Assembly: GCF_009914755.1 (NCBI RefSeq)
Contig: NC_060936.1
Direction: 5' to 3' (one strand)
DNA length: 64,000 bases
DNA from: the human T2T-CHM13v2.0 reference genome, Homo sapiens
The notes beneath the pieces are model-generated. The model had not been told where the DNA came from. It ran no database searches and saw nothing but the letters and a program-made list of their open reading frames with translations. Position numbers and translations under genes: made by a program. Positions 63,402 to 64,000 of the stretch are shown one piece after another (position 1 is the stretch's first letter; every line of letters starts with the position of its first letter).

Positions 63402-63958
63402 TGTGTTGATTATCTATTGTTTTGTAACAAATTGCCACAAGTTTAGCTGGTTAAAACAAGATACAATTATTATAGTTCCTGTAAGTCAAGAGTCTAGCAC
63501 AGTTTATCAAGATCTGCTCAGGGTTTCACAAGGCAATTGTTTTGGCTGCATTCCTTTTGGAGCTCAGAGCTCTCTTTGAAGCTCCATGTGATGGTTAGCT
63601 GAATTCAGTGTCTTGTTTTGTGTGACTGGTGTTCCTATTTTCTTGCTGGCTACCATCCTGGAGCTGCTCTCAGCTACAAAAAACATCCTATAATTCCCTG
63701 CCATGAAGCCTTGTCAGGCCATCTCACGGGTCTTCTATTAATAAGACAACTTGCCTCTTCAGGACCAGCTGGAGACTGTCTTATTCCTGTCTGCAAAATG
63801 GAATCTTATATAAGCTAAAATAGTCACGACAGTGATTTCCATATTCTTTACCATATTCTCTTGACTAGCAGCAAGTCATAGGTTCAGCCTTCATGAAAAG
63901 AAGGAGATTATGTAAACATGTGACTCATTGGTGGTCAGCTCAGGGTGTGTCCCACACA
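63402..63958 (-). mobile_element. MLT1 (D-F-like) MaLR LTR
   Basis: tatctattgttttgtaacaaattgccacaagtttagctggttaaaacaa ... gtgactcattggtggtcagctcagggtgtgtcccacaca. Confidence 0.75.
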
Positions 63959-64000
63959 CAAAGATTAAATCAAGAAATCCAGGTAAAACATTTATAATCC

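Overview
AT-rich, gene-poor hominoid (human-like) genomic DNA, probably intergenic or deep-intronic. I can support no host protein-coding gene or RNA gene. The long ORFs in the track are decayed L1 ORF1/ORF2 pieces or chance ORFs in LTR, Alu and simple-repeat sequence. The window is a layered transposable-element mosaic: a full-length but disabled L1PA5/6-like element (55758-61930), a twin-primed L1PA2/3-like insertion with a 3' transduction (14771-18873), several old L1MA/L1PB/L1M copies, six Alus plus a monomer fragment, ERV1 and MaLR LTRs (intact MER52-like solo LTR, MER4-group, LTR26-like, THE1, MST, MLT1, LTR16-like), DNA-transposon fossils (Tigger-like transposase, MER2, MER47, MER5, MER7) and L2/MIR remnants. 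I see no new multi-gene biological system. The best observations are mechanistic footprints: a ~137-bp poly(T)...poly(A) insertion apparently twin-primed on the source L1's own tail, a large inverted L1 with a traceable 169-bp transduction, an orphan ~565-bp 3'UTR-like insert inside an old L1, an ORF0-derived antisense ORF, and a palindromic AT-rich expansion. Subfamily names come from my recall of consensus sequences, not from a search.
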